A DNA stretch of 64,000 bases from Raillietiella orientalis (Eukaryota). Below, one piece after another: positions 26,142 through 39,100 of this stretch. The notes beneath the pieces were generated by a model. That model was not told the origin of the DNA and did no database searches. It worked only from the letters and a program-made list of their open reading frames with translations. The stretch is from NCBI GenBank assembly GCA_036172245.1, contig JAYWIR010000036.1:372001-436000 (forward strand). Reading direction: 5' to 3'. Each line of letters starts with the position of its first letter. Positions within the stretch are counted from its first letter, which is position 1. A program made the position numbers and the translations under genes.

Positions 26142-26505
26142 CAGTGTGGTACCTCGGTACTCGTCGGACATTCGTTCCGAAACTCGTGACGAGTGCCGAA
26201 ACCGCCGAGTACCGAACGAGTTCCTTCCTAGGCAGTTTCGTGGTATCATTCTGAACCATTTTAGGACCCATGATTGACGCTTAAAATGCACAGAAAGCAC
26301 AAAAGGGGGGAGGGAGGGACGATTCGGGAGGCACTCTATGGAAGTGTTGGGCACGGTTTGCGAGCCACTATGAGAAGAAAGCGGTTCCCTTGTTTCATCA
26401 TGAGTGGGATGTCGAGTTCCGAGTCATGCGCCGAGTGTCGAAACATTTTTTCACTGTCAAAATGCGACGAGTACTGATGGTTTGACGAGTACCGAGGTAC
26501 CACTG
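26142..26505. mobile_element. Non-autonomous Tc1/mariner-pogo-type MITE, 364 bp
   Basis: Terminal inverted repeats cagtg(tg)gtacctcggtactcgtc ... gacgagtaccgaggtaccactg, TA on both sides (26140-41, 26506-07), subterminal cgagtaccga repeats, no transposase ORF. Confidence 0.88.
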
Positions 26506-26929
26506 TATATGTATTATTTTTTACAATATCAATATATATATATATATATATTGAGATTATAAAAATAGCAGCAATATAATCAACAACTCGTTAATTGCAT
26601 TAATAATACGTATGTCACTAAATCTTAATAAATATATCTGTTGCGATAATATTGCTGTTAATGATGTGTGTGTCGATAAATGTGCGTATCAGAATAAATT
26701 TGTGTATTGATTGATCAATGTAGAATGAGTACGTATGTGCTTTTCTCTTTGGGATCTTCGGGAATTTCGATTTCGGCTTTCGGGATTCCGAACCCGACCC
26801 GGGAAGGGTGCAGTGGAAGGAAGGAGAGTCCATGTTCGGCTGTTGCCCTGTGTTTGTCTGCCATATGCCGCTTCCCTGTGGTGTAGAATGAGTTTCCTCG
26901 AAGGCCACCTTCACCGTGGAAGGTGGCGG

Positions 26930-27800
26930 AGGATGAAACCAAAAAAAAGAAAAACACCAGCTGTCCAGTGGTGCTGCAGCTGCTGCGCCACCTGAAGAAT
27001 CGGTACTGCTGTGCGGATGCGGTAGACAGAGATGGTGACGGGGGAGAGTCGGCAGCCGGAAGCCCTCGCGATGTTCGTCTCCGCAAGAGTTGCCTAAGGC
27101 GTGTGTTCCTTCTGAAGCAAGAGCGTTGCGGCCACGCACGAGCATCCTCGGCTAAAATCCAGCGGCAGGTATGGGAGCCCTTCGATCTTCAGAACGCGCG
27201 TTCCCTTTCGTCCAGTGGCGCCGGAGTAAAAGCACCATGGGGCAGCAGCACAAGGACAACAAAAGTTCGCTTCGAAGACCTCGTTGCACCACGAAGGGAA
27301 GCAGGACTCAGCATCCTGATTCTGAAGGAGATGGAGCTGCAGCTCCAGTTTGAGACGATGGTTACGAACTAGACGCGGCATTGGCACCTGTCCGCGCGCA
27401 CGGAATCCCTGGGCGCGCGCGGCCGGTTGCCAGGGAACAGCGCCGTTGCTACCTCCCAACAGAGGTGATTGCGACCCCTCCCCTCTACCTGGATGGTTTG
27501 TAAACCCCCTTCCCCCCCACGAGGGCGCCTAGCTGTTCGCGCGCTGTGGTTTCCGTGCAACCAGCGGAGGTACCGCTGGACGAGTAGCCCCGCTTCTCCC
27601 AGAACCGCTCCAGCTGCGGGGAAAAAGGAAACTTCCGCTCATCCGCTTCCGGAACGCGGTGACCTCCGGACATCGCGGTGATCTACCACGTCTCGGAGAT
27701 ACTTCGAAAGAGCTTCTGCAGCGCTGCTTCGCGCGGGCAGGCTTTCGCCTGTTTTCCTGAAGTCACCCCATCCTTTGCTGCGTCAGTAGGATTCATGGAG
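26930..27800 (+). mobile_element. Decayed L1/Tx1-like ORF2 (post-RT region)
   Basis: KVRFEDLVAPRREAGLSILILKEMELQLQF matches RVRLKDLCAPRRDGGLGLLTLERLELQLQF. Confidence 0.7.
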
Positions 27801-28199
27801 TCTCAGAACACTGAAGACATGCATCGACATGAAAGGAGGACCATACGTTTGTCGACTGTGCGGTAATGAGGAATGTGACGAAATGGCCTTTGGAGAATGC
27901 TAGACTGAAGAAAGGATGGCGCTTGCATCGCACGGGGGTTGCAGAAGACGCGTTGGCTGTGACCGGTGATTCCTTCCCCTTCCTCCCTGTTTATTCGTTT
28001 ATTTATGTTTGCTTTCCTGAGGCCTTTTGTGCAACTGGTGTGAGAGTCGGTGGTTTTTCCTTTTTTTTTTCTCCCCTCGAATTTTTCGAACAGTCTAATA
28101 GATTTCCCAATTTACATGGCTTCTTTATTTTGGTGGTGAATCATCTCGGAAGAAGGGGAGGTAGGAAAACCCCAGAGTGAGCAAATTAAAAAATCGTGG

Positions 28200-29110
28200 C
28201 GACGTTGACTGTACCAAGAGCAGCACTCATCCACTAGAAGGAAAGCACGGATCTATCCAAGAGGGTTCTGGGCTTTGCTAGTGCATCCACGAGGATGCCG
28301 AGAATGTCTGCCCACCAGAGCGAGGCACGAGCATAAAATGTCACTGCGTTCGATCGTTCCTGCTCCACTTGAAGGGTTTTTTGCATTCCGGCCATGAGAC
28401 CGAGAGGTGAGCGAGCTACCGTCGCAACTCTCCCATGCAGGGGACAGTTCTGCAGCTGGAGAGGTGGAGCGTGCTCACTTGGTTTCTTTAGAACGTCTTC
28501 CAGGGGAACTCTGGAAAGGTATTAGGCGGTGTGTAGGGCCAACAAGTCCCTGACTGGGGCTTGGGACCTTTGCGCAGAAGTTCTTCCCTCAACTTTTCGT
28601 CTCATGGGATGGGCGCAAGAGGGAAGCAGGGGTTTCGAGGACATGGGCAAAGGGGATAATTCATACGGCGTCTCGCTTTCTTAAAGCAAACCTCGCTGCA
28701 AGGAACGTGTTCAACGCCTCTTCCGCTGCCTGGAGGCAGCTAGACCACGCTTTTGCGGTGCAGCAGTAACACGAGGGTGCACCAAGGTACTAAAAAGTAC
28801 TTTCCACGGGGATCCATAAGAGGATCCAGTCCGGCTGTTCTGCCCACGCCACAACGACAGGCGCGACCGTTGGCTTGTCTCGTTCATTCTCGTGCCCGTT
28901 CACGGCGGATCATCTCGAAGAAGTCCTCGAGATATGCCTCCGGCTTGTTGACACAGGGGGCAGGCTCAGAAGGTAGTCGTCCTATGCCGACACGGCCTGT
29001 GTGCAGGGGCAGGAGGACGGCAGGGTTGCCAGGATTCTTCTGCATTCGTGCAGCACCAACTCGAAGTAGGGCCTCAAGCTGTCACCTATTCTGATCCTTC
29101 TCCGTGCCGG
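28200..29110 (-). mobile_element. Decayed L1/Tx1-like RT fragment
   Basis: RRIRIGDSL..YFELVL..LATLPSSCPCTQAVSA*DD, LEDFFEMIRR, YLG..AWSSCLQ. Lower boundary approximate. Confidence 0.7.
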
Positions 29111-29119
29111 GCCTGCCGT

Positions 29120-30560
29120 ATACCGAAATACTTTAAGTACCTCGGTGTACCGTTGGAAGATTTCTCTCCGGGAAAGGCATGGTGTAGCTGTCTCCAGAAA
29201 GCAGGAACAGCGCTCGGTCCGTGACAAAGGGGCAAGTTCTTGCCGGAACGAATCTTTATGGGAAACGCGTTTGTGGTCTCCGCTCCCTACTTTTTGCTTG
29301 CCTTCCCTCACCGCTCAGTAGTGTAAAAAGGCAGACCGAGGATTTCTGGTGAAAGTCTTCTTGGGAACGCAGAGGTCCCGGATCCGCTTGAAGGACTTTG
29401 CTCTCTGAGTCGGGACGGTGGTCTTAACCGCCTGGTGCTGGAGCGGACAAAAAGCTAGTTGCAGTTTAGAAGACTAGCACTGACAAGAAAATAGTGGACT
29501 ACGCATTTCCGGGGCGACTCCTCGAGAGAGCAGCCGACTCAGAAGGACTTACGCCCTTCCCGATCTGTAGCCAACGAAGGCTACCCCGATATGAGTACCC
29601 GCTTCGGCAAATGGTTGCCTTGGCGCACGAACACACCCGGATTCCTGTCCGCCACGAACTGTAGTGCTTGGAAACAGAAAACAGTACAGAGTAGGCGAAG
29701 ATGAACGGCACCCGTTTGGAAGAACCGCAACGCCGGTGGTACTCCAGTTACGTTCGCTGCTCGCTAATGGATATACTGGAATGAACCCCCCACTCCCCAG
29801 GAACACCACGCGGGCTCAAACGACGCCACCTGCTACGGCACTAGCGTCCCTACGGGCGAACCAAGACGGTGGCCAGATGGAAAGCTGGCAGGTGCCCTTC
29901 GACATCGCAGCAAGGAAGAAGCTTGTGGGTTGTTCGACGACTCGTCGGCTAGCTGATCCTTCCACCCCCGCAATGCATCCCAACAAGCTCCTCCGCTGGG
30001 TTCATCTCCCCACAACTCCCTTTGAAAGTAGTGGAGATCCACGACTGGGTTTTTGGATAGCCACTCCTTCCACTGAAGTTGCAGGACTTAGCGTTGCGAC
30101 TGCTGCGTTGGGCGATCTCCATGCAACGCACGCCTCCACCACTGGACCAGGGGAAGTGTGGCCCAGAGTTGCCAGGTGCAGCGCGAGGGAAAATCTCCCC
30201 GCACCTGTTTTTCGAGCGCGTTGTCTTTTAGAGTGTGTGTGAACGCTTTGGCTGCATCCCTGGACTCATCGAAAGACAGCGCGGGAAGCTGAGATGGCCT
30301 CTTCTCTTTCGGCGTGGATCGCAGCTCTGTGCCATTCACACGTGGTCGGAGTAGAGAACAGATACATCGAGAAGGGCCAGACGAACAAATGTCTTCCCGT
30401 TCGTGATCTTTCTGAGGAATCTTTCTTTTGCATCTCTCTCAGGCAGAAGGAGGAACTTTGCCTGCATCCTGGAAAGGATGCAGATGTGATGCAATCTGTG
30501 ATTCCTTTCTTTTGTCCTTGCTGCCTCATCTTCTCGAGACCTCCCTTTTTTTTTTTCTAT
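29120..30560 (+). mobile_element. Decayed L1/Tx1-like ORF2 3' half
   Basis: YFKYLGVPLEDFSPGKAWCSCLQK, RSRIRLKD, LADPSTPAMHPNKLLRW, ARCSARENLP. Confidence 0.75.
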
Positions 30561-30849
30561 TAACTTTGTACATGCATATTTTTTTGGTCGTTTTCTGTTC
30601 TCTTTCCCTGTGCATTCCTCCCACGGAAAAACTGCTCACGAGCGGCACAGCCTCCTCACCCACGTGGATAAGAGGGATGTCAATCTCATACGAAAAATGG
30701 GATTTGTATGACTTCGTTTGTTGCTTAAATTTACAATTTAACATCGAGTTTCAGGGAGGATGCTTCACTTTCTTCCGAGATTCCTCGTTTGCCTTTCTAG
30801 GACGCTCGTCGTCCCTTAGCTTGTCTCTTCCTCAGCTTCCTGTCCTTCG

Positions 30850-31490
30850 TCCCGCGAGAGCTGACCGCTGAGGTTCTCCGGCTGCATCTGATTGTCGGTC
30901 CCTCAGTACTCTCCATTGGTAAGAAGGAAGATTGAAGAGTGGTGCATGATCACACAGGTAGGGTTTCCCACACTGAGCACCCAGAGTCCGGGTGAAAACA
31001 GGCGCGTCGACCTCTAAGAGCGATTTCAACCCGTTCATCGTTCCATGCAGAGTGCAGGCAGACAGGTAGCGATGGTGACAGGTCTGGTCATCCCAGCAGC
31101 TCTGGCTCAGGCCTGGTCTCCCCAAGCAGTCGCTTACCTTTCTTACCGTCCATCCTGTTTCTTCCTTCCAGCAGCTCTAAAGGAAGCTCCCGGTTTAGGC
31201 ACTCGGAAAGTCCTCATCGGATCGATCTCTACCCCCAGAGCCGTGGACGTTTCCTGTGAGTCTCCGCCTCCCTGACCATGCCGGTCTGAGAGTTCAGAAC
31301 CCTGAGGCGCACCCCATCGCTACGCGATGCCGCAGCCCAAATCAGATTGCAGCGCAGATACTGCCTCCGTGACCTCCTAGAGACAGTCCTCCTTGGCCTA
31401 ATCACAAAGTTGACTACCTTAGGCAGATACCCTGCCAATTTAATTGGGTCGCATGGACCACCTCCCTTAGCGAAGAAAAGCGTCACTGTT
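30850..31490 (-). pseudogene. Decayed LINE ORF2 relic
   Basis: LIWAAASRSDGVRLRVL and WKEETGWTVRKVSDC..YLSACTL; about 45 bp at 31125-31170 recurs at 33116-33160. Confidence 0.45.
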
Positions 31491-31649
31491 CATCGGAAGG
31501 AAGCAGACGCGTCGTCTCTCTTTCTGATCAGCTGTTTTTGCTGCTGCCGCTCAACCTACGCTGGAGAACCAGATTTCGCTGCCTCCCTTAAGAAATCCGT
31601 TCTCATTATTTGTAGCCTGCCCGCGGATCTACTGCCGCCCCACAAGTTG

Positions 31650-32500
31650 GAACGCCTGAAGGCAGTAGGGTCTGGAGTCCTGAGTCACCTCTTTGGAAGT
31701 GCGGCCAGAGGAACTGCGACTGCAACAGAATATCTTGCGCAAACCGCTGGGAGATTTCCTGCAGGATTGGACGCATGGTCCCGCATATACCCCCTCATAA
31801 CCCTTGCCACAGCTCTGTCTCCCCTCAGGGCAAGGAATGACATCAGCCAACCAGCGGGTAGTTCTCCTGCAACGTTGCTGGAGTCCAAGAACTCCTGTCC
31901 AGCTGCAAGAGAAGCGAGTTCGCGAACGCCGCCACTCCTCGTTTCCGAGCGAATGGACTCCTTCGGTGGAGTGAGCTGCTTGGTGTGCCCTCGAAGAACT
32001 CGTGGTACCTTCCCTCTGCATGGATATCGCCGTGTTCCCGCTACTCTGGAAACAGGATATTCTGCTGTTTTTGCACTGGGGATTCGAGTGCAATCAGCTC
32101 AGACACCTGGTTGCCGAAGGAGTCGCCTCCCGAACTGTTTCAGGTTTGGGGCGATGGGATGGTTCCCGCACCGCCTGTTGAACTACGGTGTCCTGGAGGA
32201 CTTGTGGCGGAGACGCGCTTCGGCGCTCCGTCAACCGCAGTGCCCCTCTCCCAGCTTTGGACCTGCTGTGACGCTTCTCCACCGGAGGCGGGCTGAAGAC
32301 GAGAGCTACGATCGCAACCATCTGTTGCATCCGCGCCATAGTGGCAGCCCGCCACATGTTATGGTCACCTTGGCAGCGGAGGGGGTCACCAGCATGGCAG
32401 AAGTCCTCAAGAGGACAGCAGCAAGGTGGCCTCATCTGCCAGAAGAAGTCGGCAGGGAGATCGCCATCTGCATCGCTGCCGAGAGGAGACGGACATTCCC
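31650..32500 (+). pseudogene. Decayed L1/Tx1-like ORF2 C-terminus
   Basis: LLFLHWGFECNQ, PNCFRFG..FPHRLLNYGVLEDLWRR, LKRTAARWPHL. Confidence 0.65.
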
Positions 32501-33109
32501 ACCGAGTCGAGGGACACAATGGAAATGTTCTTCCCCGCTCTGCAGCGATGCAGACCTTTATCGATCTGGACTCATCCTGCTCAGTGGTTGTGACGGGCTC
32601 CATTCTGAGAGAATGAAGGGCCTCCACCTACGGACCGGATTCTGTGACGGAGTGCTCACGACCACGCACTCTCCGACGAAGGAGCCCTACGCCCGCTTGG
32701 CATATTATCGAAAGCCCCGTGCATCTCACTGAATCTTTCATTTCGCCACTGCACCGCTGAGTTATCGCCATTCCCGTCTTTTGACTTTTTCGTGTTCCGA
32801 TGGCTTTAATATGACCCTTCTTGGGGGGTCATCTCTAGATGGAGGGAAACGGGTCTTTTTCCATCACAGTGGCCACGCATTCTCTCTACGCACCACAGGG
32901 AAACGGAGGAACCACCTATCTGAATTATATGCGAGGATGCTTTGTGTTTGAGAACCGTGAAACAGGCAGTCGCAAATTCAAGGTGGTAAAAAGTCGGTGT
33001 CCATTCACAAAGGAACCTGGAAAGTGTGCAGATATTTTCGAAAGAAATGAGTGGTGAATTCTTCATTTCAATGCACTGTTAGTTCGGAATGCAACGAGTG
33101 GTTTCCTTG

Positions 33110-34760
33110 GAGTGAAGCAGTCGCTTACCTTTCTTACTCTCCATCCTGTTTCTTCCTCCCACATAGGAACGTCCCTTCTCCATAACAGCTTACTTCAGAA
33201 TGAGAGTCCTCAACTTCACCAGAGCTCTTCACAGTGCTGTAAGGTTGCACCAGTGTTTGTGAACAAGCATTTTCTGTAAGAACGTCATTCCTCCAGGAAA
33301 TCAGAAACGTGCAAGACTTCATCCTTGCTCTTGTAGCCACCAGGGACATTTGGCATTCCGAAAGAGAAAACTAATGTATCAAAAACTTACTCCAGAGGTC
33401 ACACCATCAGAAATCTCATTCGAACTAGGAAAATGTATCTTTCCTTGTTCTTTGAGTACGTCTCTATTTGGGATAGACAATTGTAAAGTGCTTAGTACAA
33501 GCCCCGTTTTGTTTTTCTTCCGGTGTGGCAAAGGTAAAAGAAGAATGTACAGATTCTGTTTGTTATTCTGTCGTAGTCCCCCTCCTGTTCAACACAACAC
33601 ACGGAAGTGGTCCCCAAAGTAAAAATGCTGTAAGCCTTGGAATTAGAACAAACGGCCCATCACAAATCAAGAAAATTTCATCAGAGAGGGACTGTCTGCA
33701 GGGATTGCACTAACTGGCGCTGTTCCTGCATCCGTCTCTGAGCGCATCGAAGTCTTGATTGGTGTTACGAGCTGTAAATGAAGGATTGCATGAGAGGAGT
33801 GAAGCAGTGCGTAAGGGCAAACCAGGTCTGTTGGAGCTCAGGGAAAGAAGAAAGCAGCCACACCAGTAAACATACAAATGTGATGCCTTGCAACCTACAG
33901 TGTAAAATCATATGAGGAAACACCGACTGACTTGCTGCTGCGTCACGCCATACACATGTGTTATTCAAATGAGAACAATCCCAACAAGGCTTCCTCATGG
34001 GAACATTGGTTAACATTCCGAGGTATGCTGAAAGCCTGCAAGGAACCCATCAACGGAGTTGCAACGTTTGAAGGAGTAGACCATTCTCGAACACAACCGG
34101 GTACTATGCTTCCTTTCCATGAATCGAGACCACTCCAACTGAAAAAGCCCATCCACATGGCCGAGAGAATCCAAAGGCATTCATCAGAATTACAAAATAT
34201 GCGGAATGAAATCATCGTAACAAATACCGATGGTTAGAGTAAAGTTTCATGTCATCAGTCTATAAGAGATGGTACTGATCATTGGCGATACACCTTGAAG
34301 GTCATTCCCATGGTTAGGTTTTTCGAACGAAGTATTCTCGAATTGTATGCAAACGGTTTGAATCTTTCTAATTTCGTAGCATCGTAACAATCTGTTGCCA
34401 AAGCCATCACGATTTTGGCAGCTTGAATTGCAGGCGAAGCGAGGCTGCAACTTCAGCGTACCAAGGGGAACACTTTTGCTTGGAGTTTTGAGAAAAATGT
34501 ATTCACTCACAGCTGCTAGGGTGAGTTTGCTGAAAGAATCGGAGCAAACTCCTTTCCTTGATTTCAACCTTTGATATACTCTAATGTCGCTGGACTTTTA
34601 AATCCGGTAACATACCAATACAATGTCTTACGCTGTCTTCTTTTGAATCCAATCGATAGCCGCCACAACTGACAGAAGCTTGGCAACATATTGACACGTA
34701 TTTGTGAATCAACAGGTTGTTGACTGCCAATAAACAACTTTTCTTGCATTCTCAGGCTTA
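33110..34760 (-). pseudogene. Very decayed non-LTR retroelement sequence, possibly with an R4-like RT
   Basis: LSVVAAIDWIQKKTA*DIV and HLL*TDDMKLY resemble AWIDYKKAYD and HLLYMDDLKLY; may be more than one relic. Confidence 0.35.
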
Positions 34761-36188
34761 CCAGGCCAAAATGCAAACTAGAATGAACGATTAAAAGTTT
34801 AAATAAAATTTCATCAATGTTGCATATTCAGTTTACTGATTGGGTTGATACAATAGAATTCCTTATAATATCTCGAATCTTTATAATATTCTTTATAATC
34901 TTTTCAATGACTTCATGATTAAATATCGAATACTTTTTGTTTAGACCAGTTCTGACTTTTACATGTTCTTCAACACCTTTGTTTTATTTTTTAATGCATG
35001 AATCTGCAGAAGATAGACATTGATTTGCAGCAAAAGACATGGAAATGAATTGGCTGACACGCTGTGATTTCTTATATACCTGCAAGTTATGTAAAAAGTG
35101 GAATCCTATCTTTCCTAGCTTTGTTAGAAAATGACCGAAAATTACAACGGAGAGGCGTAAGGATCAAATGAAATCACACTATTTTTCTTATCAATATTCT
35201 AAAAAAATTAAAAATAAAAATTGCTACAGTGATTTAGTTTAGCCTATGCAAAGAACCACAACATGTTAAGATAAGGTCCCTACGAAGTGAAACGTAAAAC
35301 TTGAGGTTTTCAGTTACTTGTGAGATTCATTTTGATTTAACTTCAGTGCTTTTTTGGAATGTATCCTGTACTTAGTGGATGTTCTCATGTGATCTGATTT
35401 GTCCTGAATACCACACCTTTATGAACTGGAATCAATAATTAGCCAGCCATCAATAAGGTTTTCCCTACAAACACAAAATAGCTTCAGATTTCACATTTCA
35501 GGATCAGTAATGTTTGAATACCAATTTTTGTATGCTAACCTTTTGTCTCCTTCCGTAGGTGTTCTTGGCGTGTCCCCAAAGGATACAAAACAGTCAACAA
35601 CGAAGTGGATGGGAAAAGTGTTGCCGAGACGAAGTGTGCATGCAAATTCTGGTGAAAATTGGAGCTGTGTGTACGGTAGGTGAAATTAATTTGGAAACAA
35701 CCGGGGTTATTGTGTCTGCGAGCAAAAGAGTAAGCAAGGGAATCGCTCGGTTTCCCTGTTTGGATTAGAGGCGAAAAATAAACATCAATAACTGAGAACT
35801 GCGAACGTGCCTTGCCTGTTGCATGAATTTGGTGAAAAGGCCGTGTGCAGGAAAGATTCAGTACAGTGTTTATGAATTGTTTGTTTATAAGTGCAACCAC
35901 CAATGAGTACTGCATGCAAGTGAAATCTCTCAACGCATGTGGTTCGCAATCATCATGCTTGCAGTCATTGTTTAGGGCAAAGTGGGAAATTTTTTTTTTT
36001 TTTTTTCTTGGGATTTTATCCAGTAGTATGTCATTGGGGTCTTTAATTCAGTATTCGTTGTAATTGATTTTAGCACCATGAAAAATTATGTTTTTAATTC
36101 TTTTATACTTTTGCAAATATATGAGTCTTAAATGCTGAAAAGCCTTGAAGCATTTTTTTCAATCACTTGAAATCCGAGCTCCCCTGTT

Positions 36189-39100
36189 ATGGCTTCCAAT
36201 CAAGTTATGGTAAGATTACATTTTTTATTTTTATTTTTTCCAAGTTACTGACTGTTGTCTTTGAACTTAAGAGTGAAGTAGATAGTTTGGAGTCACTAAC
36301 CATGGAGCAACTAGAAAAGATGCTTGAAGATATATACTGCAATCAAAGTAATCAAAAAATGGCAAGTCAGCTCTTTCTCACAGCAGTGCAAAACTCCAAA
36401 AGAGGTTGGATCCTATCTTGGGATCTCGTTGAGCCCAAAAAGGTGCCTTTTATAGCACTCATGTTCACCTACTGTTAGATTTAGTTGGATCTTGTAATTA
36501 TGCTTTGGATGTTTCGTTTTTTTGCAAGAATGCACATTTTATGTTCAGTTAGAGGTTGTGCAGTTCTTTGGTGCTATGACTATCCACAAACAGATGGTTG
36601 CACTGTCCAAGCAATCCAATGATGTAGAGTTCCAGCTGTTCAAAGAAAAGTTGCTAACTTGCATTGCCAGATATTCCTGGGGTCCTAAAATCATCTTGAC
36701 TCGATTGTGTGTCACTGTGAGTGTTAACAGATTATGGTGCTCAAGAATAATTAATGCAGCTGGCTGGACTTGTGGTACATGCAGCTGTTAGATGGCCTGA
36801 TGCTGTTCCTGAAATCATATCGCTTTTTCAGTCTCCTCTCCATTTTTCTCTACCTGAAGATAAATGTCTAGAAATTCTTCTGGAGTGCCTGAGACTCATT
36901 CCAGAGGAGGTAATTGAATCTCTTATAAAGTGGTAACAGGATTTCCTTTGACCTTACTCGTATAAAGTGGTGAGCTCCACTTCTGATTCAGATTTGATTT
37001 CATTCAGAATTAATTATGGAATGTTAACAATTTTTCTTGTTGTGTGACAGAACTAACCATCTGTCTATCATGCTTTTCAGTTCCAAGCATTCTCTTGCAT
37101 GCAGAATCAGAGAGTACATCTGCGGCAACAGCTGAAGAGGCACTTTCCAATAGGTGAGATTTTAATGAGTAATCTGCAGATTTGTGGTGGTTAGTCAGCC
37201 AGCTTGTTCAGCAGGTAGCTCTGCAGCAGCCGATTGAAATTGTAAATGCTTCTCTTGCTTGCATTTCTGCATGGATTGAACTTGGTGTCTGCCTGACTGA
37301 AGTACACTCTCTTTTGGATCTTCTTTTAAGAGCAACTACACAGCCCAATCTGTGTGAGTCTGCTCTTGGTGCCCTGACCAAACTGGTCACACAGCCAGAT
37401 GCTGAGAAGTATACAAACTCACTAGTTTTGCTGCTGGGGCAATTGCTGCAACTGGAGCAGCTGCTGCCTCAAGCCCTTCAGGAAAGGAATGTGGTAATTC
37501 TTGGCAATCCACATCTATGCGATTATGTAATTGTATTATCAGGAATTGTGCTCTGCTGTCTATGGGCTGTTTGTGGCATTGGCTGAGACCCATTCTCGTC
37601 TGTGGCTTGATATTTTGTCCAATGAGAGTTCACAACGTGCCTGGGTTGTACAACTTTTCAAAATTGTGTTGCAGTGCTCTGCAGCTCCTGCTCAGTTCCC
37701 TATTCAAGAGACGTGGAGTGAACTACCTTTCAATTTTTGGTTCACTCTAAAGGTCTGTTGAAGCACTAAGATACTGGAATTTTATGATGTGCAGGATGAT
37801 TTTGCCAGTAGCAGTGCTGAGCAAATGCAAGTCCAGCATCCATACATGGAACAGCTGTATGCGCAACTTGTTGATGTGCTGTTGCACAAAGGGATGCAAC
37901 CAATCAACATGGAAGATTGGTCTGAGGAGGAAAAAGAACAGTTACGTCGTTACAGGGAGGATATTGGTGACACTTTGGTGAGTGAAAGAACCAGAAAGGC
38001 TTATTATTTCTGTGATAGAACTACTGCTACCAAGTGTTGGGAGAGAGTATGCTTCAGCAGCTCCAGAAACATTTTATGCATGGCCTCCAGCAACTTGACA
38101 CCCATCCTGAGTGGTGGCTCTTTCTAGAGTCTTGCTTGAGGGCGTATCGTTTTGTTGCTGAAGACATCAATGTAGAGGACGAACCACTCATTTGCCATTT
38201 CATGGAATCATTGGATAAACTGCCTTCTAATTGCCTCCCTTTGGCCAATGCAGTTCTTGAAACCCTTGGTATGAGTTAGCAGGTTTTTCATGCTTATTGC
38301 CCTTGTTTTCCAGGAGCTTTTGCTGAATGGATATTCTATCATCCACATTGTCTGAAGTGGGTGGTTCCTCCAGTTGTGGCGGGTTTGAGGACACCTTCTC
38401 TTTGTTTTTCTGCCTCCATCACTTTAAAGGAATTGTGCAGAGACTGCTCTCAAAACCTGCTTCCTTATGTGCCACAGCTCCTTGAAGCAGCTGTGGTAAT
38501 TGTGTACAGCTTGTTGTTCCCTATTCCCTCGCATGTTCTAGGGAGCCCTGAACAATTTGCAGCTTTCTCAGAGGGATTCCGTGCGTCTTATATACTGTAT
38601 TGGTAGGCTGCTCTGTCTCCATCCCATTCCTGATATGCTCAAATCTCTGGAATCCCTTGTTCTTCCCTACTTTAATCAGCTTCATCAGCTTTCATTGCAG
38701 CAGGTATTTAGCCTGGTGTGACATGGTACTTATTCTGTTCCATAGCCTTCACAGCCTGCCACAGTCAAGATTGTGTTCATCCTGGAAATACTGTCTGTGC
38801 TTTTTTCAGCATTGGATTTACGTTCCCTTAATGAAAATGAGCATCAATCCTCACAAGTACCTGTTAGTCAGGAGCCAGTATTCCTGCTGTTCCAAAGATT
38901 CCTTCCTATTGTTCATCAGCTCCTGCTGTTGTATATGGATGAAGCAACTGTGCTAGATGGCATCTGTGCTGCCTTTAAACAGGCTATAAGCTCTTTGTTG
39001 GACAGTGCGCAGCCTTTCCTGGATGAGTTGTTGGCCTTTCTTTGGGAGATGTTCCAGAGGCATCCAATGCCATCCCAACTGAAAGTGGCTGAGCAGCTCC

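Noticed and set aside
31347..32732. 461-aa ORF as a novel gene
   Set aside because: It runs across a strand-switch between decayed LINE fragments and drifts in and out of the true ORF2 frame; a chance open frame.
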